From positions 96,001 through 160,000 of IMG/VR virus record IMGVR_UViG_3300014205_000170: a DNA stretch of 64,000 bases. The stretch is one strand, 5' to 3'. The notes beneath the pieces were generated by a model, which was given only the letters and a program-made list of their open reading frames with translations, did no database searches and was not told the DNA's origin. Numbering within the stretch: the first letter of the stretch is position 1; every line of letters begins with the position of its first letter. The DNA is from a virus. Lineage: Duplodnaviria; Caudoviricetes. Shown here in pieces: positions 29,902-40,307 of the stretch. Position numbers and translations under genes: made by a program.

Positions 29902-30456
29902 TTATCTACTATACTTTTTCCAAATTTCTAAATCCAAGTCTGCCGGATTCTTTTTATTCTGTTTGCAATAGTTCAAAAACACCTGTTCTAATTGCAAATA
30001 CTTTTTTTGAATTGGTGTAGATTTTGGTGTTTCTATTTTAAGCTCATCTCTTAACCATTTTAGAATATGAGTATCAAGAACAGCTATGTTTTGATTTGGT
30101 CTTGAATGTAAAATATAAAATCTGGCTGTTTTTGGACCGATGCCGGTAATGCCCTCTAAATCTTGCACAGAATAATTAAACATATCAAGTTGAATAATTT
30201 CCTGGAATGCTTTATTTATTTTTGTATATTGACCTAATTTAGCTTCTTGAATTTTTTCTAGCAATACATTGTTCGAAATGTATGTTTGAATCAATTTAAA
30301 TGGAGATAATTTGTTATTATCCTTTTTGAGAAATAAATCTAATTTTTTAGCTTGAATTGAAGCTGTTTTACCGGCCACTATAATGCAAAATAGAATTAAC
30401 TCTTCTAATTCTTCTTTTGTGCGCTTAAAATTGGTTATGTCCCTTGGGTCTATCAT
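29902..30456 (-). CDS. HhH-GPD DNA glycosylase (8-oxoguanine glycosylase-like)
   Basis: L.GITGIGPKTARF HhH motif, AVLDTHIL, Y.QLE..F, DLEIW. Confidence 0.75.
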   Translation of the reverse strand: MIDPRDITNFKRTKEELEELILFCIIVAGKTASIQAKKLDLFLKKDNNKLSPFKLIQTYISNNVLLEKIQEAKLGQYTKINKAFQEIIQLDMFNYSVQDLEGITGIGPKTARFYILHSRPNQNIAVLDTHILKWLRDELKIETPKSTPIQKKYLQLEQVFLNYCKQNKKNPADLDLEIWKKYSR

Positions 30457-30480
30457 TTTGGTAAAGTTAAGAAAAATTTC

Positions 30481-30488
30481 TATCTTTG
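30481..30488 (+). promoter_or_regulatory. Bacteroidota sigma-A -7 element TATCTTTG
   Basis: Divergent intergenic region before 30512. Confidence 0.55.
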
Positions 30489-30511
30489 TGAGTAATTCGT
30501 AAGCAATTAAT

Positions 30512-30934
30512 ATGGAAGAATTTTTTAAACTTAAACAAGTTGTTTCTGATACTCAACAACAGCAAAGATATGCTGAACGGGAGTTGTCAGATTATATACG
30601 CGATAATGCAAAAAGATTATTTGAAGGGACTTTTTGGAAAATTGAATATACACATGAAACTCAATATTATTTTTGCAATCACATTGTTGAAAATGCTCCT
30701 GGGTTTGGAGACACCTTATGCTTTAGAATAGATTCTTTTAGTATTTCTCACTTTAAAAGGCCAAAAGAAATAAATCAAAAATTCTCAAAAAATTATATAA
30801 CATCAAATTTACATATGTTTAAAACTCAAATCACTAGAGAAGAATATGAAACAAAATTTGAAGTTTTTCGAAATACCTTAAATGAGTTTTGCCATCTAAG
30901 AACAGAAATTTTAATTGAAAAATTTCATGAATAA
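30512..30934 (+). CDS. hypothetical protein, C-terminal RTEILIEK (paralogue of next ORF)
   Basis: LFEGTFWK...ITREEYE...ILIEK. Confidence 0.6.
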   Translation: MEEFFKLKQVVSDTQQQQRYAERELSDYIRDNAKRLFEGTFWKIEYTHETQYYFCNHIVENAPGFGDTLCFRIDSFSISHFKRPKEINQKFSKNYITSNLHMFKTQITREEYETKFEVFRNTLNEFCHLRTEILIEKFHE

Positions 30935-31352
30935 GATAGAAGAACAACATAAAGAACTAAGAGAACATTCAAAGGTCAAGGACCAAGAATCTAAATTAGC
31001 AAACAATAACCTAATACAATTTCAACATCAAAATTCTAAAATTTTATTTGTTGGAAAATTTTGGAAAACTTCTAGCTTTAGATGTGACACATATGCTTTG
31101 TGTAAAAAAATTTCCGATACATATAATTCTTATGCTTTTTTTGATTGTGTCAAATTTAAAAATGAAAATGAAGAACACCTAACTGATACTTTTACATTTC
31201 AAAGAAATATACATGAACCAATTTATAGTATTTGTCAAGAAGAAATTTCAAGAGAAGAATATGAGCAAGTATTAGAAAAACTAACAAAACACTATCGTGA
31301 ATTTGTAAATTATGAACGAATCGTATTAATAGAAAAAAATGAAACAAATTAA
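30927..31352 (+). CDS. hypothetical protein, C-terminal RIVLIEK (paralogue of previous ORF)
   Basis: LFVGKFWK...ISREEYE...RIVLIEK. Confidence 0.6.
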   Translation: MNKIEEQHKELREHSKVKDQESKLANNNLIQFQHQNSKILFVGKFWKTSSFRCDTYALCKKISDTYNSYAFFDCVKFKNENEEHLTDTFTFQRNIHEPIYSICQEEISREEYEQVLEKLTKHYREFVNYERIVLIEKNETN

Positions 31353-31368
31353 CACTTTTTACGTTTAA
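31341..31368 (+). promoter_or_regulatory. ECF-sigma-type promoter GAAAC-N16-CGTTTAA
   Basis: Upstream of the TonB-dependent receptor. Confidence 0.72.
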
Positions 31369-31386
31369 AGAACAAACCCTTTAAAC

Positions 31387-33417
31387 ATGAAAAATCCTCT
31401 ATTTTTCTTTCTTATTTGTTCATTTTTGACTGTAAATGGTCAAAAAGATACCGTAAAAAATCACCAACTAAATGAAATTGAAATATCTGGCGTTCGAGCA
31501 CAACATAAGGACCCAGTATCTCAAAGTAACCTTTTAAAAGATGATGTTTGTAAAAATTATGCTGGTCAAGATTTTGCCTCATTAATTTTAACAAAAGCTC
31601 CCAGTTTAACCGGATATTCAGATGGTGGTAATTCAATAGGATACATGTATCTTAAAATGCGAGGCATTGACCAAAATCGTATGAATTTTACGTTTAATGG
31701 AATTTCTTTAGCAGAACCAGAAGACAATGGTTTTTATCCATCAAATTTTACAGATTTCCTAAATAATGTAAATTCAATACAAATTCAACGTGGTGTAGGA
31801 ATTTCTCCTAGTGGTATTGGTAATTTAGTAGGTTCGGTAAATTTTGAAAGTCCCAACTTATCAGATTCGCTGTATCATGATATTCAATTAGGATATGGTT
31901 CTTTTAATTCAAGTCGAATAAGTGCTTGCATCAATACTGGTATTCAAAAATCAGGTTTTGCAGTTTATGGGCGTTATTCCAACAATTTCTCTTCCGGCTA
32001 TCGTTATAATAGCGGAACCGATGCTCATACTTTTTTTACTTCAATCGGGTATTACGGCAAAAAAGACATTTTTAAATTAACTGCATTTTCTGGAAGTTCA
32101 AAAAATCAAATGGCTTATTTACCAACAAACTTAAGCGATATTCAAAAAGACCCCAGAACAAACTATTTGAATGTAGATGAGAAAGATGATTTTCGACAAA
32201 ACTTCATTCAATTACAGCACACAAGAAACACAGGAAAAAACTCATTCATTACAAGTAGTCTCTATCATATAGATTTACAAGGACAATATGGTGTATTAAT
32301 CAAACCAACTTTATTGAATTTTTCATTGTCATCAAATTTATATGGTGTGATGAGTACATGGAATTTTACAAAGTCAAATTTCAATTTAAAAATAGGAGGA
32401 AATGCATATACATATGTTAGATTTCATTCTATGGCTATTGCTCCGGAAATGAATACAAATATTTATCTGAATAAAGGCAATAAAAATGAGGTTAGTGCTT
32501 TTACAAAACTATCTTATAAATTAAATAAAATTACCTTATTTGGAGATGCACAATATCGTAATACTACATTCTCGTACAAACCCAGTAAAGACTATACAAT
32601 CAATGTTAAACCGGTAAATTGGACTTTTCTAAACCTTAAAGGAGGAATTACTTATGAAGCAAATACTAATTCATCTTATTATGTGTCAATAGGCCAAATG
32701 TATCGAGAACCTACGCGCAATGATATGTTTGCTGGTTTTGATGATGTTGATACTTCTAATTACGCTTTGATAGGTAATCTTTATAGGGTTAAACCGGAAA
32801 GTGTAATAGATTATGAAGCAGGTTATAGATTAAATTACAAAAAATTACATCTTTCTATAAATGGCTTTTATATGGAATTTAAAAATCAAATAGTCCCTAC
32901 CGGACCTTATTCATATATTGGATTACCACTCACTCAAAATTTAAATTCCAATAGTAGACGATATGGTTTGGAAATTGAATACTTCTGTAATCCAATAAAA
33001 AACTTAACACTATCTGGAAACAGCACCATAATGAAAGCCAAAATTGATAAATACACTTCTGATTTTGATTCAACTTCTTATGAAAATATAACGCCATTAT
33101 TAACTCCACAATACATTGTAAATCAAAGTATCTCTTATTCATTTTTAAAACAAAAAATTGATTTGACACTTACAGGACGTTATGTAGGAACTCAATATTT
33201 AGGGAATGATAATAACAACAATTTAATAGTTCCTGAAGCTCTAACGTTTAATGTTGCATTGCTTTTAAATGTAACGAAACGTTTGAATATATCTTTCTTA
33301 TGTAACAACATTACTAATCAACGAATTTACAATGGTGGCTATTCAATAGCTTTAGACCCGTATTATTTCATTGGGGCTCCAAGAAATTTCTTTCTAACTC
33401 TAAAGCATACTTTTTAA
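31387..33417 (+). CDS. TonB-dependent outer-membrane receptor
   Basis: Signal peptide; LNEIEISG; plug motifs MRGIDQNR..F..NGI and IQIQRG; C-terminal N.TN..Y ... GAPRNFFLTLKHTF. Confidence 0.9.
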   Translation: MKNPLFFFLICSFLTVNGQKDTVKNHQLNEIEISGVRAQHKDPVSQSNLLKDDVCKNYAGQDFASLILTKAPSLTGYSDGGNSIGYMYLKMRGIDQNRMNFTFNGISLAEPEDNGFYPSNFTDFLNNVNSIQIQRGVGISPSGIGNLVGSVNFESPNLSDSLYHDIQLGYGSFNSSRISACINTGIQKSGFAVYGRYSNNFSSGYRYNSGTDAHTFFTSIGYYGKKDIFKLTAFSGSSKNQMAYLPTNLSDIQKDPRTNYLNVDEKDDFRQNFIQLQHTRNTGKNSFITSSLYHIDLQGQYGVLIKPTLLNFSLSSNLYGVMSTWNFTKSNFNLKIGGNAYTYVRFHSMAIAPEMNTNIYLNKGNKNEVSAFTKLSYKLNKITLFGDAQYRNTTFSYKPSKDYTINVKPVNWTFLNLKGGITYEANTNSSYYVSIGQMYREPTRNDMFAGFDDVDTSNYALIGNLYRVKPESVIDYEAGYRLNYKKLHLSINGFYMEFKNQIVPTGPYSYIGLPLTQNLNSNSRRYGLEIEYFCNPIKNLTLSGNSTIMKAKIDKYTSDFDSTSYENITPLLTPQYIVNQSISYSFLKQKIDLTLTGRYVGTQYLGNDNNNNLIVPEALTFNVALLLNVTKRLNISFLCNNITNQRIYNGGYSIALDPYYFIGAPRNFFLTLKHTF

Positions 33418-33830
33418 TGTCGAGATACATTGACCCAAATAAAAGACATGTATTAGTAGAAAAAACGAATATCATTTACAGAGGTACACTTAGCATTGAT
33501 GAATATGGTTGTTTGCGTATTTATGACCTTGGAAATAAGAATGATTTTTATTTAATTGAAGATATTTTTATCAACTTCAAAAAAGGTGATAAAGTGTTTA
33601 TTCGATATTATATAACTAATGTAGAAGCGAAATTTAAAGATATACAAAAATCTCAGATACACAAATTGTGTGGAGGAGAGATTGAAGCTTTAAATTTTAT
33701 TTTAAATGCATATTCAGAGGTAACAATAGAAGATTATGATGAAACTCTTATTGTTGGAGGTCATGATTTATTTAGAGAATTGGTAAGTTTTGAAGGTAAA
33801 TACATAACATTAAACATACAAAAAAAATAA
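33417..33830 (+). CDS. phage protein, N-terminal RHVLVEK motif
   Basis: Motif at 33444-33464; C-terminal VGGHDL..EL....GKY. Confidence 0.6.
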   Translation: MSRYIDPNKRHVLVEKTNIIYRGTLSIDEYGCLRIYDLGNKNDFYLIEDIFINFKKGDKVFIRYYITNVEAKFKDIQKSQIHKLCGGEIEALNFILNAYSEVTIEDYDETLIVGGHDLFRELVSFEGKYITLNIQKK

Positions 33831-33871
33831 TCAAATTTGTTAAATTAGAAAAAAACGCTTAATTTTAAAGA

Positions 33872-34453
33872 GTGATTTCAGAATTCATCATAGAAGCATT
33901 AGCTGTAAGTACTACAATATTGTCTGTAATAATATTAGCTAGAGGAAAATCATCTGGGTGGCTTTTTAGTGTTATTGGTTCTGTATTTTATTGCTGGATT
34001 TTTGTTTCTCAGAAACTTTATATGAATGCACTAATACAAATTGTTTTTATTTTACAAGGACTTTTTGGTTTGTTCAAATGGAATAAAGAAGTTCCAGCTA
34101 ATGAACAATTTCATAGCATTAAGTTAGACTTCGCATCATTTTTAATTTTCTCAGCAGTATCACTTGCAGTTTCTGTAATAACAACCACCATTCTATCAAC
34201 ATTATTAGATGCTCAATATCAATTTGTAGACACAACTTTATCGGTCTTTAGTATTTTTGCAACCATTATGCTCATTAAGCGATATATTCAAGCTTGGTTT
34301 ATTTGGATGATAGTTGATGTAGGATATGTTTATTTGTTTTTCGAAATTAATTTGTGGTTATCTACCGGTTTATATTTGTTATTATTCATTTTGTGTATCA
34401 ACGGATATGTACAATGGAATAAAAAAGGTACAATCAAAAATTTCTTAGTATGA
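33872..34453 (+). CDS. pnuC: PnuC-family nicotinamide riboside / vitamin transporter
   Basis: Multiple TMs; LY.....Q......G...W, D......S..A......R....W..W...D, G...W motifs. Confidence 0.85.
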   Translation: MISEFIIEALAVSTTILSVIILARGKSSGWLFSVIGSVFYCWIFVSQKLYMNALIQIVFILQGLFGLFKWNKEVPANEQFHSIKLDFASFLIFSAVSLAVSVITTTILSTLLDAQYQFVDTTLSVFSIFATIMLIKRYIQAWFIWMIVDVGYVYLFFEINLWLSTGLYLLLFILCINGYVQWNKKGTIKNFLV

Positions 34454-35027
34454 AACGTTATTATATAATATCCAGTGTATTGTTTGTTCTTTTATTCTTA
34501 GAAGATTATACTATTAAAACTTTACTAGACCATCCAATAACGCCACCAATTTGGTTGTCGTGTCTTTGTGGATTGGTTTGTCTTAATTTTTTAGCAGTTA
34601 TTACAATGGCTTTTTTGAATTTTATTAAAGATAAAAAATGGTTGTTTAAAATCAGACAATCAGATAAAAAAAATTAAGATGGAAAATATTAATGAAACAC
34701 AAAATAAAATTTATGTTGAAATGGCTGCTTATGAGAAAGAAGTTAAGGAACATAATTTAAAAATAACTCAATCAATAGGAGCTACCAAACAAGATATTGA
34801 TATATTGTTAAACGGTTCTACCATTACAAATAAAATGGAATTAGTAAAAGAACAAAAAGGTATCAAAGATGATTTGGAAAAAAATAAAATATTCAAAGAA
34901 GTTTATGTTGATGAAAAGAAAACTCCTAATGGAGAAAGTGGTGACTACTCTTATAGTGGTCACGTTTATGGAAAATTGAAAAAAAACGAATGGTTGAAAA
35001 TTCCATTTGAATGTTAATCTATACAGT

Positions 35028-36053
35028 ATGAAAAAGCAATATAAACGTGGGTTATTATTAGGAAAGTTTATGCCTTTACATAAAGGGCATCAACATTTGA
35101 TATCTAGCGGTTATGACAAATGTGACCATTTAACTGTATTAGCATGTAGTTTGTCAAAAGAGCCTATTCCTGGTTATTTAAGAGCAAGATGGGTTAAAGA
35201 ATATTGTAATAAATTAGATACTTCCATTAGTGTAGTTGATATGCGCGAAAATTTGCCACAACTGCCAGAAGAACATGAAAAATTTTGGGAAATCTGGTGT
35301 GATGTAATTAATCGCTCAGCTCCAAATGGTTTAGATGTTATTTTTTCTTCTGAAGATTATGGATTTGAACTAGCAAAAAGACTTGGAATAAAACATGAAT
35401 TAATTGATAAAGAAAGAAAAACTGTTCCAATATCAGGAACAGCTATTAGAAATAATCCTTTTGATAATTGGCAATTCATTCCAAATCATGTTAAACCATA
35501 TTTTCTACATCGCATTTATTTTTTAGGCCCAGAATCCACCGGTAAATCAACAATTTCTAAACTATTATCAGAAGAAGAAGAGTTTGAAACAAATTGGGTT
35601 CCAGAATATGGTCGTATTTTATATGAAAAAAATGTTGGAGAACTTTCATTAATGGATTTTCATGAAATTGTTATTAAACAAAGAGAAATAGAACAACAAT
35701 TAGCAGAAAGGTGTTCTAAGCAATTTATGTTTTGTGATACAGAAGTAATAACAACAAAAATATTTTCTAAATTATATTATCCAAAAGAATCTGTTAAATT
35801 AAATCATTTTTTCAATTACCACATTAAAAAACAATTAGATAATAATTGCCATTTTTTCATAATGCATCCAGATGGAACAAAATCTGTTCAAGATGGAACA
35901 AGAAATTATATTAAAGACAAAGAGAGGTTAAAACATTTTACAAAAATTATTTCTGAATTAAAAAACTGGAATGTATCTTACACAATTTTAACTGGAGAAT
36001 ATAACGATAGAATACAAACGGTGAAAAATTACTTAAAGAACATTGTACAATAA
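35028..36053 (+). CDS. nadR: NadR-type NMN adenylyltransferase / nicotinamide riboside kinase
   Basis: GKFMPLHKGH (HxGH), FSSEDYG, PISGTAIR, GPESTGKST (P-loop), PEYGR, FCDTE, QDGTR. Confidence 0.9.
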   Translation: MKKQYKRGLLLGKFMPLHKGHQHLISSGYDKCDHLTVLACSLSKEPIPGYLRARWVKEYCNKLDTSISVVDMRENLPQLPEEHEKFWEIWCDVINRSAPNGLDVIFSSEDYGFELAKRLGIKHELIDKERKTVPISGTAIRNNPFDNWQFIPNHVKPYFLHRIYFLGPESTGKSTISKLLSEEEEFETNWVPEYGRILYEKNVGELSLMDFHEIVIKQREIEQQLAERCSKQFMFCDTEVITTKIFSKLYYPKESVKLNHFFNYHIKKQLDNNCHFFIMHPDGTKSVQDGTRNYIKDKERLKHFTKIISELKNWNVSYTILTGEYNDRIQTVKNYLKNIVQ

Positions 36054-36054
36054 T

Positions 36055-36537
36055 ATGAATACGGAGCAAAAAGATTTTAAAGATTGGGGTGACCATTTTC
36101 AAACACCGGAACACATTTGTAATTACATGGCTTCGTTTCTTCCTCAGAATGCTGGTCTTATTTTAGAGCCAACTCCTGGAAAAGGAAAATTAGTCAAAGC
36201 TTTACAAGCACATGGCACCGTATTCTCTCCAGAAGATTTTAATAAAATGACTAAAAATAACTTTGATTGGATAGTTATGAATCCGCCATTTACTCCAATG
36301 AAACAAGGTTATGAGATTCTATATAAGTGCATGGAAATGTCTGAAAATATTATTGCACTAATGCCATACTTAGCAATTATTAATGGCGAAAAAAGGACAA
36401 AAGACATTATGAATTGGGGTTTAAAATCCATTACACATTTACCAAGAAGTACTTTTAAGGGTAGTAGAGTTCAAACTTGCATTTTAGAAATGAAAAAAGA
36501 TTGGAAGACAGAAACGGTTTTTAAGTTATTACCATGA
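36055..36537 (+). CDS. small DNA amino-methyltransferase (N6-adenine type)
   Basis: FQTP, ILEPTPGKG and MNPPF motifs. Confidence 0.8.
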   Translation: MNTEQKDFKDWGDHFQTPEHICNYMASFLPQNAGLILEPTPGKGKLVKALQAHGTVFSPEDFNKMTKNNFDWIVMNPPFTPMKQGYEILYKCMEMSENIIALMPYLAIINGEKRTKDIMNWGLKSITHLPRSTFKGSRVQTCILEMKKDWKTETVFKLLP

Positions 36538-37097
36538 ATTCATTTTTCAACATAAAACCAGAATTCTTAAAAGAAAATTTTTCTAATCCCCCAATATTCA
36601 AAACTGTATTTGTTGAAAAAACAAGTTTTAAAAAAAATGAACTTTTATCTAGTTTACATTTTTCAGGAGATTGGGACGGTATTCACTACATCGATAACAA
36701 TATTGCATTAATATCTAAGAGTAGTTCAGGACAACTTGTTCTTGTAGGTTATACCACCAGAGAATCTCAAAAATCCAAAGATAATTTTGTCCCCCTTAGC
36801 TTATTGATGAATGACACTATTTTATTATCTATTGTTTTATTTTTAGATGTAAACATTACATCTGAAACTGTTGGTTTCAATAGACAAAATGTTATGAATA
36901 TGCATATTTTTGCTTTATCATGGTTTTATAAAATATTACCAAAATTTCGAGAGAGAATGTCTAAATTTAATAAAGGAAATTTAAGTCATAACGGCGTAAA
37001 TAAATTTATGAGTTACACAAGAAGTAACTTTAAAAATGAATTACAATATTTTAAAGCAGTTCTAATAAAAGCAGAAGACAACAAATACATTTGTTAA
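36534..37097 (+). CDS. hypothetical protein, N-terminal KTVFVEK motif
   Basis: Motif at 36600-36620. Confidence 0.55.
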   Translation: MNSFFNIKPEFLKENFSNPPIFKTVFVEKTSFKKNELLSSLHFSGDWDGIHYIDNNIALISKSSSGQLVLVGYTTRESQKSKDNFVPLSLLMNDTILLSIVLFLDVNITSETVGFNRQNVMNMHIFALSWFYKILPKFRERMSKFNKGNLSHNGVNKFMSYTRSNFKNELQYFKAVLIKAEDNKYIC

Positions 37098-37112
37098 TTC
37101 TTGAAAATAATG

Positions 37113-37120
37113 TAACTTTG
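37113..37120 (+). promoter_or_regulatory. Bacteroidota sigma-A -7 element TAACTTTG
   Basis: Intergenic before 37135. Confidence 0.55.
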
Positions 37121-37134
37121 TAAAAAACTACATT

Positions 37135-37797
37135 ATGCCTACAATTACTCTGCTTTCTGATTCTCACGGACTTCATAATAAAATTCCAAAAGAATGGCTT
37201 CCTGATACTGATTGGATTTTACATCCTGGAGATGTGTCTTCTATGGGAACAATAGACCAAATATCAGATTTTGTAAATTGGTTTAGTACAGTAGGAAATT
37301 ATAAGTTTCGATGCTTTATAGCCGGTAATCATGATTGGCTTTTTCAAAGAAATCCTTATGTAGCTAAATCTTTAATTCCAACAAATGTAACTTATTTAGA
37401 AAATTCAGAAGTCATAATAGATGGTATTAAAATTTACGGAGTACCTCAACAACCAGAATTTTATCAATGGGCATTTAACGTACAAAGAGGTTATATGCAT
37501 AATTATTGGTCTAAAGTTCCTGATGATGTTCAAATTTTATTAAGCCATGGACCACCGGCTGGTATTTTAGATATGACCTTAGAAGGTGATTCTTGTGGAT
37601 GCACAGAAATGTTACAAAGATTGCCTGAACTTAAAGAATTGAAACTAATCGTTTGTGGACACATTCATGAAGCAAGAGGTATTTTTGAGGGTGCAGATGG
37701 TCAAAAAATAGTTAATGCTTCTGTGCTTAATAGAAGCTATAAATTAGTGAATAAACCATTCATCATTGATACTAAAGATTGGAAAATTCTTAAGTAA
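37135..37797 (+). CDS. calcineurin-like metallophosphoesterase
   Basis: SDSHG, H.GD, IAGNHD, SHGPP, CGHIHE, VNAS. Confidence 0.9.
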   Translation: MPTITLLSDSHGLHNKIPKEWLPDTDWILHPGDVSSMGTIDQISDFVNWFSTVGNYKFRCFIAGNHDWLFQRNPYVAKSLIPTNVTYLENSEVIIDGIKIYGVPQQPEFYQWAFNVQRGYMHNYWSKVPDDVQILLSHGPPAGILDMTLEGDSCGCTEMLQRLPELKELKLIVCGHIHEARGIFEGADGQKIVNASVLNRSYKLVNKPFIIDTKDWKILK

Positions 37798-37821
37798 CAA
37801 AATAACTTCTTTTTCGTTTAA
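37794..37821 (+). promoter_or_regulatory. ECF-sigma-type promoter GTAAC-N16-CGTTTAA
   Basis: 5 nt before the RNase H ATG. Confidence 0.75.
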
Positions 37822-37826
37822 TCCAT

Positions 37827-38309
37827 ATGGAATCTCCTAATGTTATTATTTATACAGATGGCTCTTGCATGCCAAATCCCGGAAGAGGCGGATGTGCATG
37901 TGTCATGCTTTATAAGGGACACAGAAAGGAACTAAGCGCCGGATATACACTTAGCACTAATAGTCGAATGGAAATTATGGGTGCCATTTTAGCTTTGGAA
38001 GCCATTAAAAATCCGGAAATTAAAATCATTATCAATTCAGATTCTCAATATTTAGTTAATTCATTCAATAAAGGGTGGTTGTTTAACTGGGAAAAAAATA
38101 AATTTCAAGGAAGAGAAAACGCAGATTTATGGATTAAATTATTAGCTTTATACAGAAAATGTTCAGAGGTTGAATTTGTTTGGGTACGAGGACATAATGG
38201 AGATACGGAAAACGAAAGGTGTGATAAATTAGCTAACAAAGCAGCGCAAAATCCAACACTAAAAGATATTGAATACTTAAAAAAAGTAGAAAAATCCAAC
38301 AATGGCTAA
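37827..38309 (+). CDS. rnhA: ribonuclease HI
   Basis: YTDGSC..NPGRGG, TN.RME, SDSQY, N.DLW, WVRGH.G..ENERCDKLA. Confidence 0.95.
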   Translation: MESPNVIIYTDGSCMPNPGRGGCACVMLYKGHRKELSAGYTLSTNSRMEIMGAILALEAIKNPEIKIIINSDSQYLVNSFNKGWLFNWEKNKFQGRENADLWIKLLALYRKCSEVEFVWVRGHNGDTENERCDKLANKAAQNPTLKDIEYLKKVEKSNNG

Positions 38310-38705
38310 AAAAGATTTAAAAGACATAACTAAACTTACCGAAAAGGAGTTTATCGACTTAGCGTTTTTATCCAGTTGGATAAATAAAAAGTATTGGAAC
38401 GAAAAGTCAGCAAAATATCTTGGAAAAAAATACCAATATAAAACTCTTCAGGTTCCAAAAGAATTTAGAGGAAAACCATATAATGCGAGATTTCATGTGG
38501 TGTATCTTTTTTCAAATCCTTCTATGGAACATCAACTTGATAGAATTTTTGTAGTAGACTTTGAATATAGAAATAAATTTAGACTTTATAATATTTCTCA
38601 AGACAAAAAATCATTGATTAATGTTGAATTATTTCATGATGATTTATTTCAAATGCACAAATATCTTATTGAACACGGTTACGAAATTAAAAATCCTTAA
38701 GAATT

Positions 38706-39008
38706 ATGAGTAAAACGCTTAATAAACAATCTGGAAAATTTATTGGATATCTAACTACGTTTGAGGGTAGCGGTATTGTCTGGGCCGATAATGTAGAAGA
38801 AATTAAAACAGAATGGTGTACCGGCATGGCTATTTTTGAAAGTAATGGTTTAGATGTGAAAAAACTTAAAGAAGCATTTCCAGAACCTCCAGAAAGAGGT
38901 GTTGTATTGGATTATCTAAGTGAAAACTTAATTTTCGTACACCAAGAAGGTGTAATAGTTGGAAAACTCAAACAAAAAAGAGAAACCTTAATAGAAAAAA
39001 CAAAATAA
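38706..39008 (+). CDS. hypothetical protein, C-terminal RETLIEK motif
   Basis: Motif at 38979-38999. Confidence 0.55.
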   Translation: MSKTLNKQSGKFIGYLTTFEGSGIVWADNVEEIKTEWCTGMAIFESNGLDVKKLKEAFPEPPERGVVLDYLSENLIFVHQEGVIVGKLKQKRETLIEKTK

Positions 39009-39704
39009 TATGTCAAAAGGAATAATTGAAAATCAAAAAACAGAAGCAAAAATTTCTATTCAAACAAACATGAATGGTGATGATACACATTATCATGTTC
39101 AAGCAAAAAAAGGAAATTTTGAAGTTATATGTAAAGGAGATGGTACTTTGACAGTTAAATCCTCTTTTAAAACAATGCACTCAGCTATTGGTGGAAGAGG
39201 AGAAGATGATGGACACAACGCTTCTTTTTCTGATAAAGATTGTAAAACACAATCTGAAGTAGCATCAAATATTTTAGAATTATTAATGGTTATTTCTGAA
39301 TAAATGAGCGGACCCTTATTGATATTTATTATTGTACTATTATTCATAATTAGTGCTTTTTTGTTTGAAAATAATCCGGTGACAGCAAGAATTTTTGTAT
39401 TAACAGGCATTTCTTTGACAGTTTGGTTATGTCTAGGAGTTAGTCAAGCAAACGAAAATAAAAAATTTCTTTATGCAACACCAGTTATCTTTCAAGGGAA
39501 AATCGCTTTTATTACAGATGAACAAAAGTTAATAAATTGTTCTGAAGAATTTAAGGTACAATTTAAACCAAATGATAGTATCTATATTTTTAAAGAGTTA
39601 GATAGTTGGGCATTAGGGATACGATGGTCTGGTGGCTCTATTCAGTATAATCTGAACAGATATGAAAAATAAATAGTAATGTTGAAAATCTCATAAGAAA
39701 TTAG

Positions 39705-39712
39705 TAATTTTG
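39705..39712 (+). promoter_or_regulatory. Bacteroidota sigma-A -7 element TAATTTTG
   Basis: Intergenic before 39749. Confidence 0.5.
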
Positions 39713-39748
39713 AGAAGTAGAATAATTGCCAATTCTAGTTTTTAAAAA

Positions 39749-40303
39749 ATGAGACATATAAACATTAAGAAAAAAATCGCAGAAAAAATATTAGAAATTC
39801 TTCCAACTATTATACAAGCTCGATTGTTTTTAGAAGAAGAAGATTTTACAGAATTCACTTGGAATCAAACAGCTTCAAAACCGAATGAGTCTCATGACGA
39901 TAATCTGAGTTTAGCTATTACGATGAATTCTTCTTTTAATTTTACACATGGTTCTATAACTAAATCAACATTACATATTGACCCAGTAAGACAAGAAGAG
40001 TTGGGAGTAATTCAATATAATGATAGATTTCATCCTGGTTTTTTTATAAATCGTCATCAACAATATAGATGTGTAACTGAAAGTTTTGATTTTCATGATT
40101 CAAAATCATTAATTAAGTACCTTTGCTTTCAAGTTTCAATGAGAACTTTAGTAAATTTATGTCACAACATAACACAAGAATTAGAATCTTTTAATAATCC
40201 GGCAAATTTTCACTTAGGAACAGTAAAGAAATTTTTGGATATAGATTCTAATTTTAATATATTTGATTCTGAAACCAGATACGTTTTAATGGAAAAAATA
40301 TAA
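39749..40303 (+). CDS. hypothetical protein, C-terminal RYVLMEK motif
   Basis: Motif at 40277-40297. Confidence 0.6.
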   Translation: MRHINIKKKIAEKILEILPTIIQARLFLEEEDFTEFTWNQTASKPNESHDDNLSLAITMNSSFNFTHGSITKSTLHIDPVRQEELGVIQYNDRFHPGFFINRHQQYRCVTESFDFHDSKSLIKYLCFQVSMRTLVNLCHNITQELESFNNPANFHLGTVKKFLDIDSNFNIFDSETRYVLMEKI

Positions 40304-40307
40304 TCTA

